From the NCBI GenBank assembly GCA_046717125.1, contig JBKJVQ010000070.1:1-46960 (forward strand): 46,960 bases of DNA, given 5' to 3'. Each line of letters starts with the position of its first letter. Within the stretch, counting starts at the first letter, position 1. This DNA comes from Methyloligellaceae bacterium (GTDB lineage Bacteria > Pseudomonadota > Alphaproteobacteria > Rhizobiales > Methyloligellaceae). The notes beneath the pieces were generated by a model, which worked only from the letters and a program-made list of their open reading frames with translations, made no database searches and was not told the DNA's origin. Below are positions 39,451 through 46,960 of the stretch, piece after piece. The position numbers were made by a program, and so were the translations under genes.

Positions 39451-40275
39451 ATGGCCGGCGACGGCGGATTGTTGCAGGGAAAGCGCGGCCTCGTCTTGGG
39501 CGTCGCGAACAACCGGTCGATTGCCTGGGGCATCGCCAAGACCGCCAGCGACAACGGCGCGGAGCTCGCCTTCACCTACCAGGGTGAAGCGATCAGGAAG
39601 CGGGTCGTCCCGCTGGCCGAGAGTCTCGGTGCCAAGCTCGTGCTGCCCTGTGACGTGCTCGACGCCGCCTCGATGGACACGGTATTCGACAGACTGGCGG
39701 CCGACTGGGGCAGGATCGATTTTCTGGTGCATTGCGTCGCCTATTCCGACAAGGACCAGCTCGACGGGCGTTACGTGGCGACCACGCCGGAAAACTTCGC
39801 CCAGACCTTGAACGTCTCCTGCTATTCCTTCACCGCGCTTGCCCAGCGCGCAGAGAAGCTGATGCCGCATGGTGGCTCGCTCCTGACGCTCACCTATTAC
39901 GGCGCGGAAAAGGTCATGCCGCATTACAACGTGATGGGCGTGGCCAAGGCAGCGCTCGAAGCCTCGGTTCGCTATCTCGCCGTCGATCTGGGCAAAGGCG
40001 GCATTCGCGTCAACGCGATATCTGCCGGGCCGATCAAGACGCTCGCGGCGTCGGCCATCGGCGACTTCCGCTACATCCTGAAATGGAACGAATATAATGC
40101 GCCGCTCAGGCGCACCGTCTCGATCGAGGATGTCGGCGGCGCAGCGCTCTACCTTTTGTCCGATCTCTCGCGCGGTGTGACCGGCGAGGTCCATCACGTC
40201 GATTCCGGCTACCACGTCGTCGGCATGAAGGCCGAGGACGCGCCGGATATCTCGGTCGTCAAGGGCGAGGGCTGA
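39451..40275 (+). CDS. fabI: Enoyl-[acyl-carrier-protein] reductase (NADH)
   Basis: 274 aa with GKRGLVLGVANNRSIAWGIAK and YNVMGVAKAALE (Tyr/Lys catalytic pair). Confidence 0.95.
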   Translation: MAGDGGLLQGKRGLVLGVANNRSIAWGIAKTASDNGAELAFTYQGEAIRKRVVPLAESLGAKLVLPCDVLDAASMDTVFDRLAADWGRIDFLVHCVAYSDKDQLDGRYVATTPENFAQTLNVSCYSFTALAQRAEKLMPHGGSLLTLTYYGAEKVMPHYNVMGVAKAALEASVRYLAVDLGKGGIRVNAISAGPIKTLAASAIGDFRYILKWNEYNAPLRRTVSIEDVGGAALYLLSDLSRGVTGEVHHVDSGYHVVGMKAEDAPDISVVKGEG

Positions 40276-40282
40276 CGCGCCT

Positions 40283-40867
40283 TTGGCCGTGCTCTATTTC
40301 ATCCGGCATGGCGAAACCGACTGGAACGCGGCACGCCGTCTGCAGGGGCAGACCGACACGACCCTGAACGATGTGGGCCGAACCCAAGCGCATTGCCACG
40401 CGCGCGTTTTGCTTGAGGGAGATCCGCGCATCGGCCGTTTCGATTTCGTGGCGTCGCCTCTGGCCCGTGCGCGGCAGACCATGGAGCTGGTCCGGTCGTC
40501 GCTCGGTCTTGCGCCGTCCGCTTACCGCATCGAGCCACGCCTTTCCGAAATCCATCTCGGAGACTGGCAGGGCTATACCTGGGACGAGAACCGTATCCGC
40601 AACACGTCGTCCGTCGCGGCGCGTGATACCGACGCCTGGGCGACGCGGGCGCCGGGCCCGGGCGGCGAAAGCTATGCCGACCTGTCCGCGCGCGTCCTCC
40701 TCTGGTTCGGCGAGCTGACGCAAGACACAGTCGCGGTTTCCCATGGTGGCGTGCAGCGCTGCCTCAGGGGACATCTGACGCCGATGGCGTCGGCGGAGAT
40801 TCCGCGCCTCGACGCCCCGCAGGACAAAGTCCTCGTTCTGCGCGGCGCTCAGCTGCATTGGATTTAG
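40283..40867 (+). CDS. Histidine phosphatase family protein (phosphoglycerate-mutase-like)
   Basis: LYFIRHGETDWN catalytic RHG motif and a later SHGG motif. Confidence 0.85.
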   Translation: MAVLYFIRHGETDWNAARRLQGQTDTTLNDVGRTQAHCHARVLLEGDPRIGRFDFVASPLARARQTMELVRSSLGLAPSAYRIEPRLSEIHLGDWQGYTWDENRIRNTSSVAARDTDAWATRAPGPGGESYADLSARVLLWFGELTQDTVAVSHGGVQRCLRGHLTPMASAEIPRLDAPQDKVLVLRGAQLHWI

Positions 40868-41081
40868 AACGCAACCGCCGAAAGCACCGGGGTTGATGTT
40901 GGGTTGCGCACCCAAAGCTAAGCCGGAAGCAAACCCAATTTCTTCACCACAATCGCGCAGCCGGCTTGCGTGCCTAACTGGCCGGCCCCATCTCTGCGGC
41001 GATCGGTTTGGCGGAACAAATCGCAGCTGCACTTGTTACCGATGCGAGGTTGCACCTGTGCATGCCGTCTGGGGTACTGAA

Positions 41082-41570
41082 ATGAAATTTGCGTGGTTGG
41101 TCTCGATTTTGCTCGTGGCAATTCTCATCAAGGGCGTAGCCTCCGGCGCGCTTTCCGGTCCGGGCGCAATACCGCAGCGCGCAGCGGCGCATGACGCAGA
41201 GCAAGGCCAGCCTGGGAAGCTGCGACTGGCGCGGCCTGAGGTGGCGCAGGTTGCCGCCGAACCGCAGACCGAGAAGAGCGCGGCGCTCGCCGACGCCCGT
41301 ATTGCAGCTGAATCCATGCCGGAGGCAAAGCCTGCCGAGGCGCGCTGGGTGAAAGTGACCGGAAACGTCGTGAACTTGCGCATGCGTCCCGACCTCGCCG
41401 CCGAAACCGTTACGTCTTACCGGAAAAACACCGAACTGCAGCTTCTGCGCCAGCGCGCCGACTGGATGCTGGTGCTCGATCCGGAGACAGGGTCCACCGG
41501 CTGGATGCATCGCGACTATCTCGACAGCATCGAAGCGCCGAGGCTTGCCGGTTCAGCCGCGCGCGGCTGA
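41082..41570 (+). CDS. Membrane-anchored/secreted bacterial SH3-domain protein
   Basis: Starts at the internal ATG 41082 (MKFAWLVSILLVAILIKG). C-terminal SH3b-like ARWVKVTGNVVNLRMRPD...GWMHRDYL. Confidence 0.7.
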   Translation: MKFAWLVSILLVAILIKGVASGALSGPGAIPQRAAAHDAEQGQPGKLRLARPEVAQVAAEPQTEKSAALADARIAAESMPEAKPAEARWVKVTGNVVNLRMRPDLAAETVTSYRKNTELQLLRQRADWMLVLDPETGSTGWMHRDYLDSIEAPRLAGSAARG

Positions 41571-41771
41571 TCCTCTTCGCTCCGAATCATTCATGCAGGC
41601 CGGCCGGTCCGGCGGCTCCTCCATTGTGCGATGGGCTACGGGAGCTTCGCGCGCGCAGATCCGTTGCAAATGAAGCAGTTTTTCTGCGGGCGACGATGCC
41701 AAAATTTGCGCAGTGCGGCCAAGACACTCAATTTTGTCCAAAACGGACCCCACGATTCCCGTAAATCAGGC

Positions 41772-41787
41772 TTAAGTGTCCATTAAC
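41772..41787 (+). promoter_or_regulatory. CtrA-type box TTAA-N7-TTAAC
   Basis: TTAAGTGTCCATTAAC, a perfect full-site match ending 40 nt upstream of the GH3 ATG (41828). Confidence 0.45.
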
Positions 41788-41827
41788 GACACCGGTCCTA
41801 GCCTTGCCGAGCAACCCCGGAACCCGC

Positions 41828-43318
41828 ATGACCACACGGCGCACTGCAATTTTTCTTGTGTCGTCAGTCCTCGTCGCCGCGTCAGGCGTCTGCGGTCAGG
41901 CGGCCGCGCAATCGGCGTCCGGGAACGGGCACAACCAGGTTTTCCGCGCCATGGACGCGCCGTCCCTGGATCGCCGGGGACAGCCGGTTCGCTCGTTTTC
42001 CTTGCACAGGAAGAAGGCGCCCGGTCCCGTCGGGAAATCCGATCTGGCGATGAAGGCGGCCGAAGAGGGCGGCGCCGCTGATCCGCCAAGGGGGCCCAAG
42101 GCTCCGCCACAGGCGGCGGAGCCTGACCCGATCAAGGGTCTGATCGAAAAGCACCAGGCAGCGCCCGCAGAATCTCCGGCCGCCCAGGTTCCGCTTCCCG
42201 CAAGGTCGCGGCCCGGCCTCGACCAAAAGATAGGCCAGATGATCGTCGTCGGCTTCGCGGGCACAAAGTCTGGCGATCCGGGCGTCGTGGAAGTCCGCCG
42301 CCAGATCGCCCAGGGCATTATCGGTGGCGTCATGCTCATGGGCCAGAACGTGGTTGCGCCCGGCCAGACCGCGCAGCTTAACCGCGCGATTCTCGCTTCG
42401 AGCCCGCGCGGTGGCTTGCGCCCGATCATCTCGGTCGACCAGGAGGGCGGGTTCGTCCAGCGCCTGTCGCTGAAGAACGGTCACAGCGCCTACCCGTCTG
42501 CCTGGGCCGTCGCGAATGATGCGCGCTATGGCTCAAGTGACCGCGCGCAGTCGGTGTACGAGAGAATGGCGCGCGAACTGAGCGCGAGCGGTTTCAATAC
42601 CAATTTCGGTCCGGTCGTCGACCTGAACCTCTTCCCGCAAAATCCGATCATCGGCCGTTACAAGCGCAGCTTCAGCGACGAGCCGGGCAAGGTCATCGAT
42701 TACGCGCGCGCGTTTTGCCTTGCGCATGAGATCAACGGCCTTCTCACGTCAGCCAAGCATTTCCCGGGGCATGGCAGCAGCCGGGCCGACAGCCACAAGG
42801 GCTTCACCGACATCGGCAAGTGGTGGAAAGACATCGAGCTCGAGCCCTATCGCGACCTTGCAAAGGACCAGTTCGTCGACATGATCATGGTCGGCCACCT
42901 TTACCATCAAAGGTTCGCAGATGCGCCGGGCGTGCCGGCCTCGCTGTCGCAAAAGGCGATCGGTTACCTGAAATCGCCGCAGAAGATCGGCTTCAAGGGT
43001 GTGGTCGTGACGGACGACATGGAAATGGGGGCCGTCCGCAAGAATTTCGGTTTCGAGGAGTCGATCGTCAGGGCGGTCAATTCGGGCGTCGACATCCTGC
43101 TTTACTCGAACACAGCGACGCCCAGTCCGAAGCTTGGGCCGCGCATCCATGGCGTCATCCGGAAGGCGGTGGACGACGGCCGTATCGATCCGAAGCGCAT
43201 CGACGACGCCTATGCTCGCATCGCGCAGATGAAACAGAAGCTGACGAAAAAGCGCGCGTTCGAAGCAGAGGAATCGGCGTCGGTTCCGGCAGGCGCGGCT
43301 AGAGACGCCGTCCACTGA
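41828..43318 (+). CDS. Secreted glycoside hydrolase family 3 protein (NagZ-like beta-N-acetylhexosaminidase domain)
   Basis: Signal peptide MTTRRTAIFLVSSVLVAASGVCGQAAA and a low-complexity linker. GH3 N-domain motifs ISVDQEGG, KHFPGHGSSRADSH and VVTDDMEMGA. Confidence 0.88.
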   Translation: MTTRRTAIFLVSSVLVAASGVCGQAAAQSASGNGHNQVFRAMDAPSLDRRGQPVRSFSLHRKKAPGPVGKSDLAMKAAEEGGAADPPRGPKAPPQAAEPDPIKGLIEKHQAAPAESPAAQVPLPARSRPGLDQKIGQMIVVGFAGTKSGDPGVVEVRRQIAQGIIGGVMLMGQNVVAPGQTAQLNRAILASSPRGGLRPIISVDQEGGFVQRLSLKNGHSAYPSAWAVANDARYGSSDRAQSVYERMARELSASGFNTNFGPVVDLNLFPQNPIIGRYKRSFSDEPGKVIDYARAFCLAHEINGLLTSAKHFPGHGSSRADSHKGFTDIGKWWKDIELEPYRDLAKDQFVDMIMVGHLYHQRFADAPGVPASLSQKAIGYLKSPQKIGFKGVVVTDDMEMGAVRKNFGFEESIVRAVNSGVDILLYSNTATPSPKLGPRIHGVIRKAVDDGRIDPKRIDDAYARIAQMKQKLTKKRAFEAEESASVPAGAARDAVH

Positions 43319-44000
43319 TCACGCCTGAACGGCGCTTCGGCCGGTTCATCCCGGATTTAGGCCAGCACCAGCCGTTTTTCTCGACCCACGAGAAGGCATT
43401 GCAGCTCGGGTTCGAGATGCAGATGCTGCGACAATCGTCGAGCGAGGTCGGGCGGACGCCCTTCGAATCGAGATCGCGTCCGGCGAAGTCCATGCCGTGG
43501 TAGAGCTGTATCTCCGATCCGTCGGCCGGCCGGGACTCATCGAGGCTGATTGACGACAATACGCCCGATGTCGCCTGCCCATCGGCCTTTAGGCCGCTCG
43601 CGCTCGATTTCAGGAAACACCATCGGTGTTTCCTGTTGAACGTGAAGGCGACGCAGGACGTGTCGCCCGCGCAGGCGTTCCGGCAATCGCCGAAATCTAC
43701 ATTCTTGAGTGGCGAACCGTAATCCCCTCCGGGCACGGCGAAATCGTCGTAGGTGCGGAAGCTGCGCTCCGGCTGCGATTCGCCCCGGACGCTCGGTGCG
43801 CTCGGTGCGTTTGCGGACGCAACGACGCCCGAAATCGCCTTCTCATTGGCGTCGAGGCCCGTGATCTGCGACTTGAGGAAACACCAGGCGTTGCGCTTGT
43901 CGTAGGTGTAGGCGACGCAGTTCTGGTCATCGGCGCAGACGGATTGGCAGCGGTCCTGCGATATGTCCTTTAGCGGCGAACCAAGGTCCCCGCCGGGCAA
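43299..44000 (-). pseudogene. Three tandem PAN/Apple domains; C-terminal segment of a disrupted caspase-PAN gene
   Basis: Three repeats of PGGD(L/Y)GSPLK...C...C....C.A(Y/F)(T/S)...W C(F/W)LKS. No ATG/GTG start and no signal peptide. The frame is closed upstream by a TGA near 44120. Only a TTG at 44000 is available. Confidence 0.7.
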
Positions 44001-44062
44001 GTCGAACCCGTTATAGGTGGTGAACTGTCGGAAGGCGGGAGTAGGTAATGACGGCGGAGCGG

Positions 44063-45337
44063 TTACGACGGCCTGCTCCTCGGGCGCCGGTTCATTCTCC
44101 TCCCCCTCTCCTCGGCGGCCGGAGGCTCACTCGCGGCCGTCGCGCTCTTGATGCGATTGCGCACGTCCTCGATATAGGCCCCCCCGGGGAAGCGCGTCTC
44201 GTATGCTTTGCAATGGATCAGTATCTTGCTGGTTCCGGTCGCATTGACGCATTCCTCATACAGAGGCAATTCTACCTGCTCCGCAATGATCGCCCTGACC
44301 TGCTCGGCTCGGCCATGGCCGGGAAACTCGGCCAGGAATTCCCTGTAACAGGGCGAACCTTGTCGTTCTGCCGGACGCACTCGAGATACTTTTCTTCTCC
44401 CCGGACTTCGGGCGACAGAATGGGTTCGATGCGCTCCTTCGCGATAGCCGGGGGCTCATCCGCTTTGTCGCCTGTACGGGCAGTTTCCAGCTGTTCAACG
44501 GGAGGAGCGTTCTTCACCGCAGGGCTGGGCACCGGGCCGCCGTCGCCATTCCCGGTCTGCTTCAGGAAGAAGTGGCCGATGATGTTGTCGTAATAGGCAG
44601 GCTCCTGTGCCTTTCCGGCCCGCGTTGCCTCGTCGACGACGGCGACCTGGACCAGTTTCGCCATCCGGACGATGTTCAGGTTGGGCACCGCGAGTTGGGG
44701 CAGGAGATGGCGGGTCAAGACGGAGTTCGGATTCGGGTCGCTACCGGGCAGGCGGTCGATCGCCCTTTGATGCGCCGCGGCCGAGAAGAGGATGAATGTG
44801 CCCCTCGGGGGGACGACCCTCGCAAGGCCAACGTGTGCCGCCCACCGAGCGCTCGGCGGAATCTGAAAATGGATTGTCCCGGCAGGCATCGAGGACCACT
44901 ATGTTGATTTGTGTGCCCTTGGCCTGAAGTGTCGTGAGAACGTCCTGGAGGCTGAACGAGTCTTTTTTCGCCCTGCGCTCTTGACCGCGCTCATGCAGCG
45001 ACATGTCGGTCGGAATGAGATAGTTCTCGCCGTCGATCTCAACACCATGACCGGCGAAGAAGACAGTGGCGATGTCGCCGGGCTCCAGCGCTGTCTCGAA
45101 TTCCGTCAGCTTGCCGTCGAAGCCGGCAAAGTCGAGATCGCTTCCTTCGATAACCTGGAAATCTAGGTTTCGCAGGGCTTCGGCCACCGCCCCAGCATCG
45201 TTGCGGGCGCGCTCCAGCTTCGGAAGATGGAGATAGGAGTCGTTGCCGATGACCAGCGCGCGCCGCACTGATTCCGCTTGGCACTCGGATGCGAGCGCCA
45301 GGAAGGCCGCTGCAACTGCAAGAACCGCGCGAAGCAT
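44063..45337 (-). pseudogene. Secreted peptidase C14 (caspase) domain protein, frameshifted; N-terminal segments of the caspase-PAN gene
   Basis: Three overlapping ORFs in different frames (44741-45337, 44272-44889, 44063-44380) carry consecutive parts of one protein. These are signal peptide + RALVIGNDSY...FFAGHGVEIDGENYLIPTD...VVLDACRDNPF, then GLARVVPPRGTFILFSAA...NSVLTRHLL...AYYDNIIGHFFL, then two Y.ECV...C..Y..FP.G repeats. Confidence 0.75.
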
Positions 45338-45424
45338 TTCTCGCTCACCCCGGGAAAAGGGTAAGCCAGCTGCTTTCGGACTGCAATATCCCGCAGGTTT
45401 AAGCCAGGCGAAAGTCGATCCGGC

Positions 45425-46444
45425 TCAATGATACCCGCCGGGATCGCCTTCCGAGTGGCCCCACAGCGCATAGTACGAATAGGCCGAGTAACCGACGATG
45501 ATCGGCAGGATCGGGATTGTGCCGTAGAGCAGGAAGAGCTGCGCGTCGACCGACGACGAGGCCTGCCAGATCGTGACCCCAGGCGGGATGATGTAGGGGA
45601 AAAGGCTTACCGCGAGGCCGGTATAGACGAGCACGAACAGCGCGGCGCCAAGGACGAACGGCATGTGGCGGCTTCCCTCCGCCAGCGACCGCCAGAGCAG
45701 CCAGGCGGCAGCCAGCGTCAGCACCGGAACGGGGCTGAGCATCACCATGTTCGCGGGCGAGAACCATCGGGCGGCGACGTCCGGATGCAGGATCGGCGTC
45801 CACAGGCTGACGAGCGCCGCGAAGATGCCGACCGCGATCAGCGCAACCTGCGCGACGCCCGCAGCCCATTTGCGCAAATCATCCGATCCCTTCATCACGA
45901 TCCAGCACGCGCCGAGCAGGATGTAGCCTGCGACCAGCGCAAGCGCGGTCAGGATCGCGAAGGGTGACAGCCAGTCGAACGCGCCGCCGGCGAACTTGCG
46001 CCCCACGATTTCGAAGCCCTGGATGAAGGCGCCGAGGATCAGTCCCTGCATCAGCGCCGCGAGGATCGAGCCGCCGGCAAACGCCCAGTCCCACATCCAT
46101 CGCCGCCGCTCTTCCTTGAACCGGAACTCGAACGCGACGCCGCGCAGGATGAGACCGATCAGCATAAGGATGATCGGAATATAGAGCGCGGGCAGCATCA
46201 CCGCATAGGCGAGGGGGAAGGCGGCGAGAAGCCCAACGCCCCCCAGCACGAGCCAGGTCTCGTTCCCGTCCCAGAACGGCGCGACGGAATGCATCATGGC
46301 GTCGCGATCGGCGTCCGACGGCGCGATCAGGAACAGCGCGCCGAGGCCGAGGTCGAATCCGTCAAGCATCACATAGAGGAATACCGAGAAGGCGAGGATC
46401 GTCGCCCAGACGAGCGGCAGGATGATCGGAAGATAGGGTTCCAT
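45425..46444 (-). CDS. cydB: Cytochrome bd-type ubiquinol oxidase subunit II
   Basis: Start MEPYLPIILPLVWA at 46444. LDGFDLGLG motif and a multi-TM profile. Confidence 0.92.
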   Translation of the reverse strand: MEPYLPIILPLVWATILAFSVFLYVMLDGFDLGLGALFLIAPSDADRDAMMHSVAPFWDGNETWLVLGGVGLLAAFPLAYAVMLPALYIPIILMLIGLILRGVAFEFRFKEERRRWMWDWAFAGGSILAALMQGLILGAFIQGFEIVGRKFAGGAFDWLSPFAILTALALVAGYILLGACWIVMKGSDDLRKWAAGVAQVALIAVGIFAALVSLWTPILHPDVAARWFSPANMVMLSPVPVLTLAAAWLLWRSLAEGSRHMPFVLGAALFVLVYTGLAVSLFPYIIPPGVTIWQASSSVDAQLFLLYGTIPILPIIVGYSAYSYYALWGHSEGDPGGYH

Positions 46445-46448
46445 CGCT

Positions 46449-46960
46449 TCAGCCCGCCGCCAGGGGACGCTTCGCAAGATCGGCCTTGTCGGCCTCAGGG
46501 GGCGGCTCCTCTGTTGCGGGTGTAGGGCCCGAGCGCACCTGTTTCGCCATGTAGTAGACCCCCGCGCCGAAGATCACGCCGTAGACCAGAATGAACAGGA
46601 GGAGCGAGGCCAGCACGCTGCCTCCGGGAACCGGCGAGACCGCGTCTGCCGTCCTGAGATGACCATAGACAATGAAGGGCTGGCGGCCGACTTCTGCCGT
46701 GAACCATCCCGCCAGAACCGCGATCCAGCCGATCGGAAACGCAAATCCCATCGCGCGTAAGAACCAGCGCGTCGTGAACAGTGTGCCGCGCCACCACAGA
46801 AACGCACCGACGAACCCGAGTGCAATCATGACGACGCCAAGCCCCACCATGATGCGGAACGCGAAAAACGGGATCATCGGATTAGGCCGGTCTTCCGGCG
46901 CGAAGGATTTCAGCCCGCGCACCTCGCCTTCCAAGGAATGCGTCAGGATCAGGCTGCCCA
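46449..46960 (-). CDS. cydA: Cytochrome bd-type ubiquinol oxidase subunit I (C-terminal part; 5' end beyond the window)
   Basis: The reading frame is open to the window edge. FFAFRIMVGLG...GWFTAEVGRQPF(I)VYG is the conserved CydA C-terminal region. Confidence 0.92.
   Translation of the reverse strand, partial: GSLILTHSLEGEVRGLKSFAPEDRPNPMIPFFAFRIMVGLGVVMIALGFVGAFLWWRGTLFTTRWFLRAMGFAFPIGWIAVLAGWFTAEVGRQPFIVYGHLRTADAVSPVPGGSVLASLLLFILVYGVIFGAGVYYMAKQVRSGPTPATEEPPPEADKADLAKRPLAAG

Noticed and set aside
39358-40215. N-terminal 286 aa of the 472-aa ORF 38797..40215(-)
   Set aside because: Only the last roughly 186 aa (from MAMANQQV at 39357) match DUF924. The upstream part is antisense to fabI and has no protein-like composition.
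43791-43808. 9-bp tandem duplication GCTCGGTGC x2
   Set aside because: It is in frame (APS-APS) within the linker between PAN domains 1 and 2. This is a trivial slippage event without regulatory implication.
45338-45424. Search for a cydX-type small ORF downstream of cydB
   Set aside because: No short hydrophobic ORF is present. The 87-bp spacer leads directly into the caspase-domain gene.
1-46960. Scan for tRNA/rRNA genes, CRISPR arrays, IS elements, integrases and prophage genes
   Set aside because: I saw no T-loop (GGTTCGA-type) contexts outside coding regions. No regularly spaced direct repeats were seen. No transposase, integrase or phage-like translations were seen either.

Overview
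High-GC alphaproteobacterial (Hyphomicrobiales/Rhizobiales-like synteny) chromosomal core, almost certainly the origin-proximal region. Gene order is rho-hemJ-hemE | ppsR(RP001-like)-maf-aroE-coaE-dnaQ, secB, tim44-like, mltA, smr, hslVU, mnmE-mnmG-rsmG-parA-parB, holA-lptE-leuS, yggS, xthA, hisB-hisH-hisA-hisF-hisE-coaA, pdxH, fabI, and cydAB at the right edge. I found no tRNA/rRNA genes, CRISPR arrays, transposases or integrases. I see no convincing intact novel multi-gene system. The non-routine content is: (1) a candidate oriC in the hemE/ppsR intergenic region, plus two parS sites; (2) a bipartite palindromic repeat with compensatory stem substitutions in the 5' leaders of secB and yggS; (3) an orphan HigA-like antitoxin gene in a non-coding islet; (4) a YyaL/DUF255 thioredoxin-domain gene interrupted by an in-frame TAA at a conserved Glu codon; (5) an sRNA-like triple hairpin with a C/U-rich loop and a U7 terminator upstream of xthA; (6) an in-situ tandem duplication of a DUF29 gene inside the his operon that carries a ghost copy of the hisA 3' end; (7) a secreted caspase (C14)-PAN/Apple multidomain gene broken by three frameshifts; (8) a perfect CtrA-type box upstream of a secreted GH3 gene. 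Many long ORFs in the track are antisense or out-of-frame shadows typical of high-GC DNA and were discarded. All family assignments rest on motif recognition in the translations. No database search was run.
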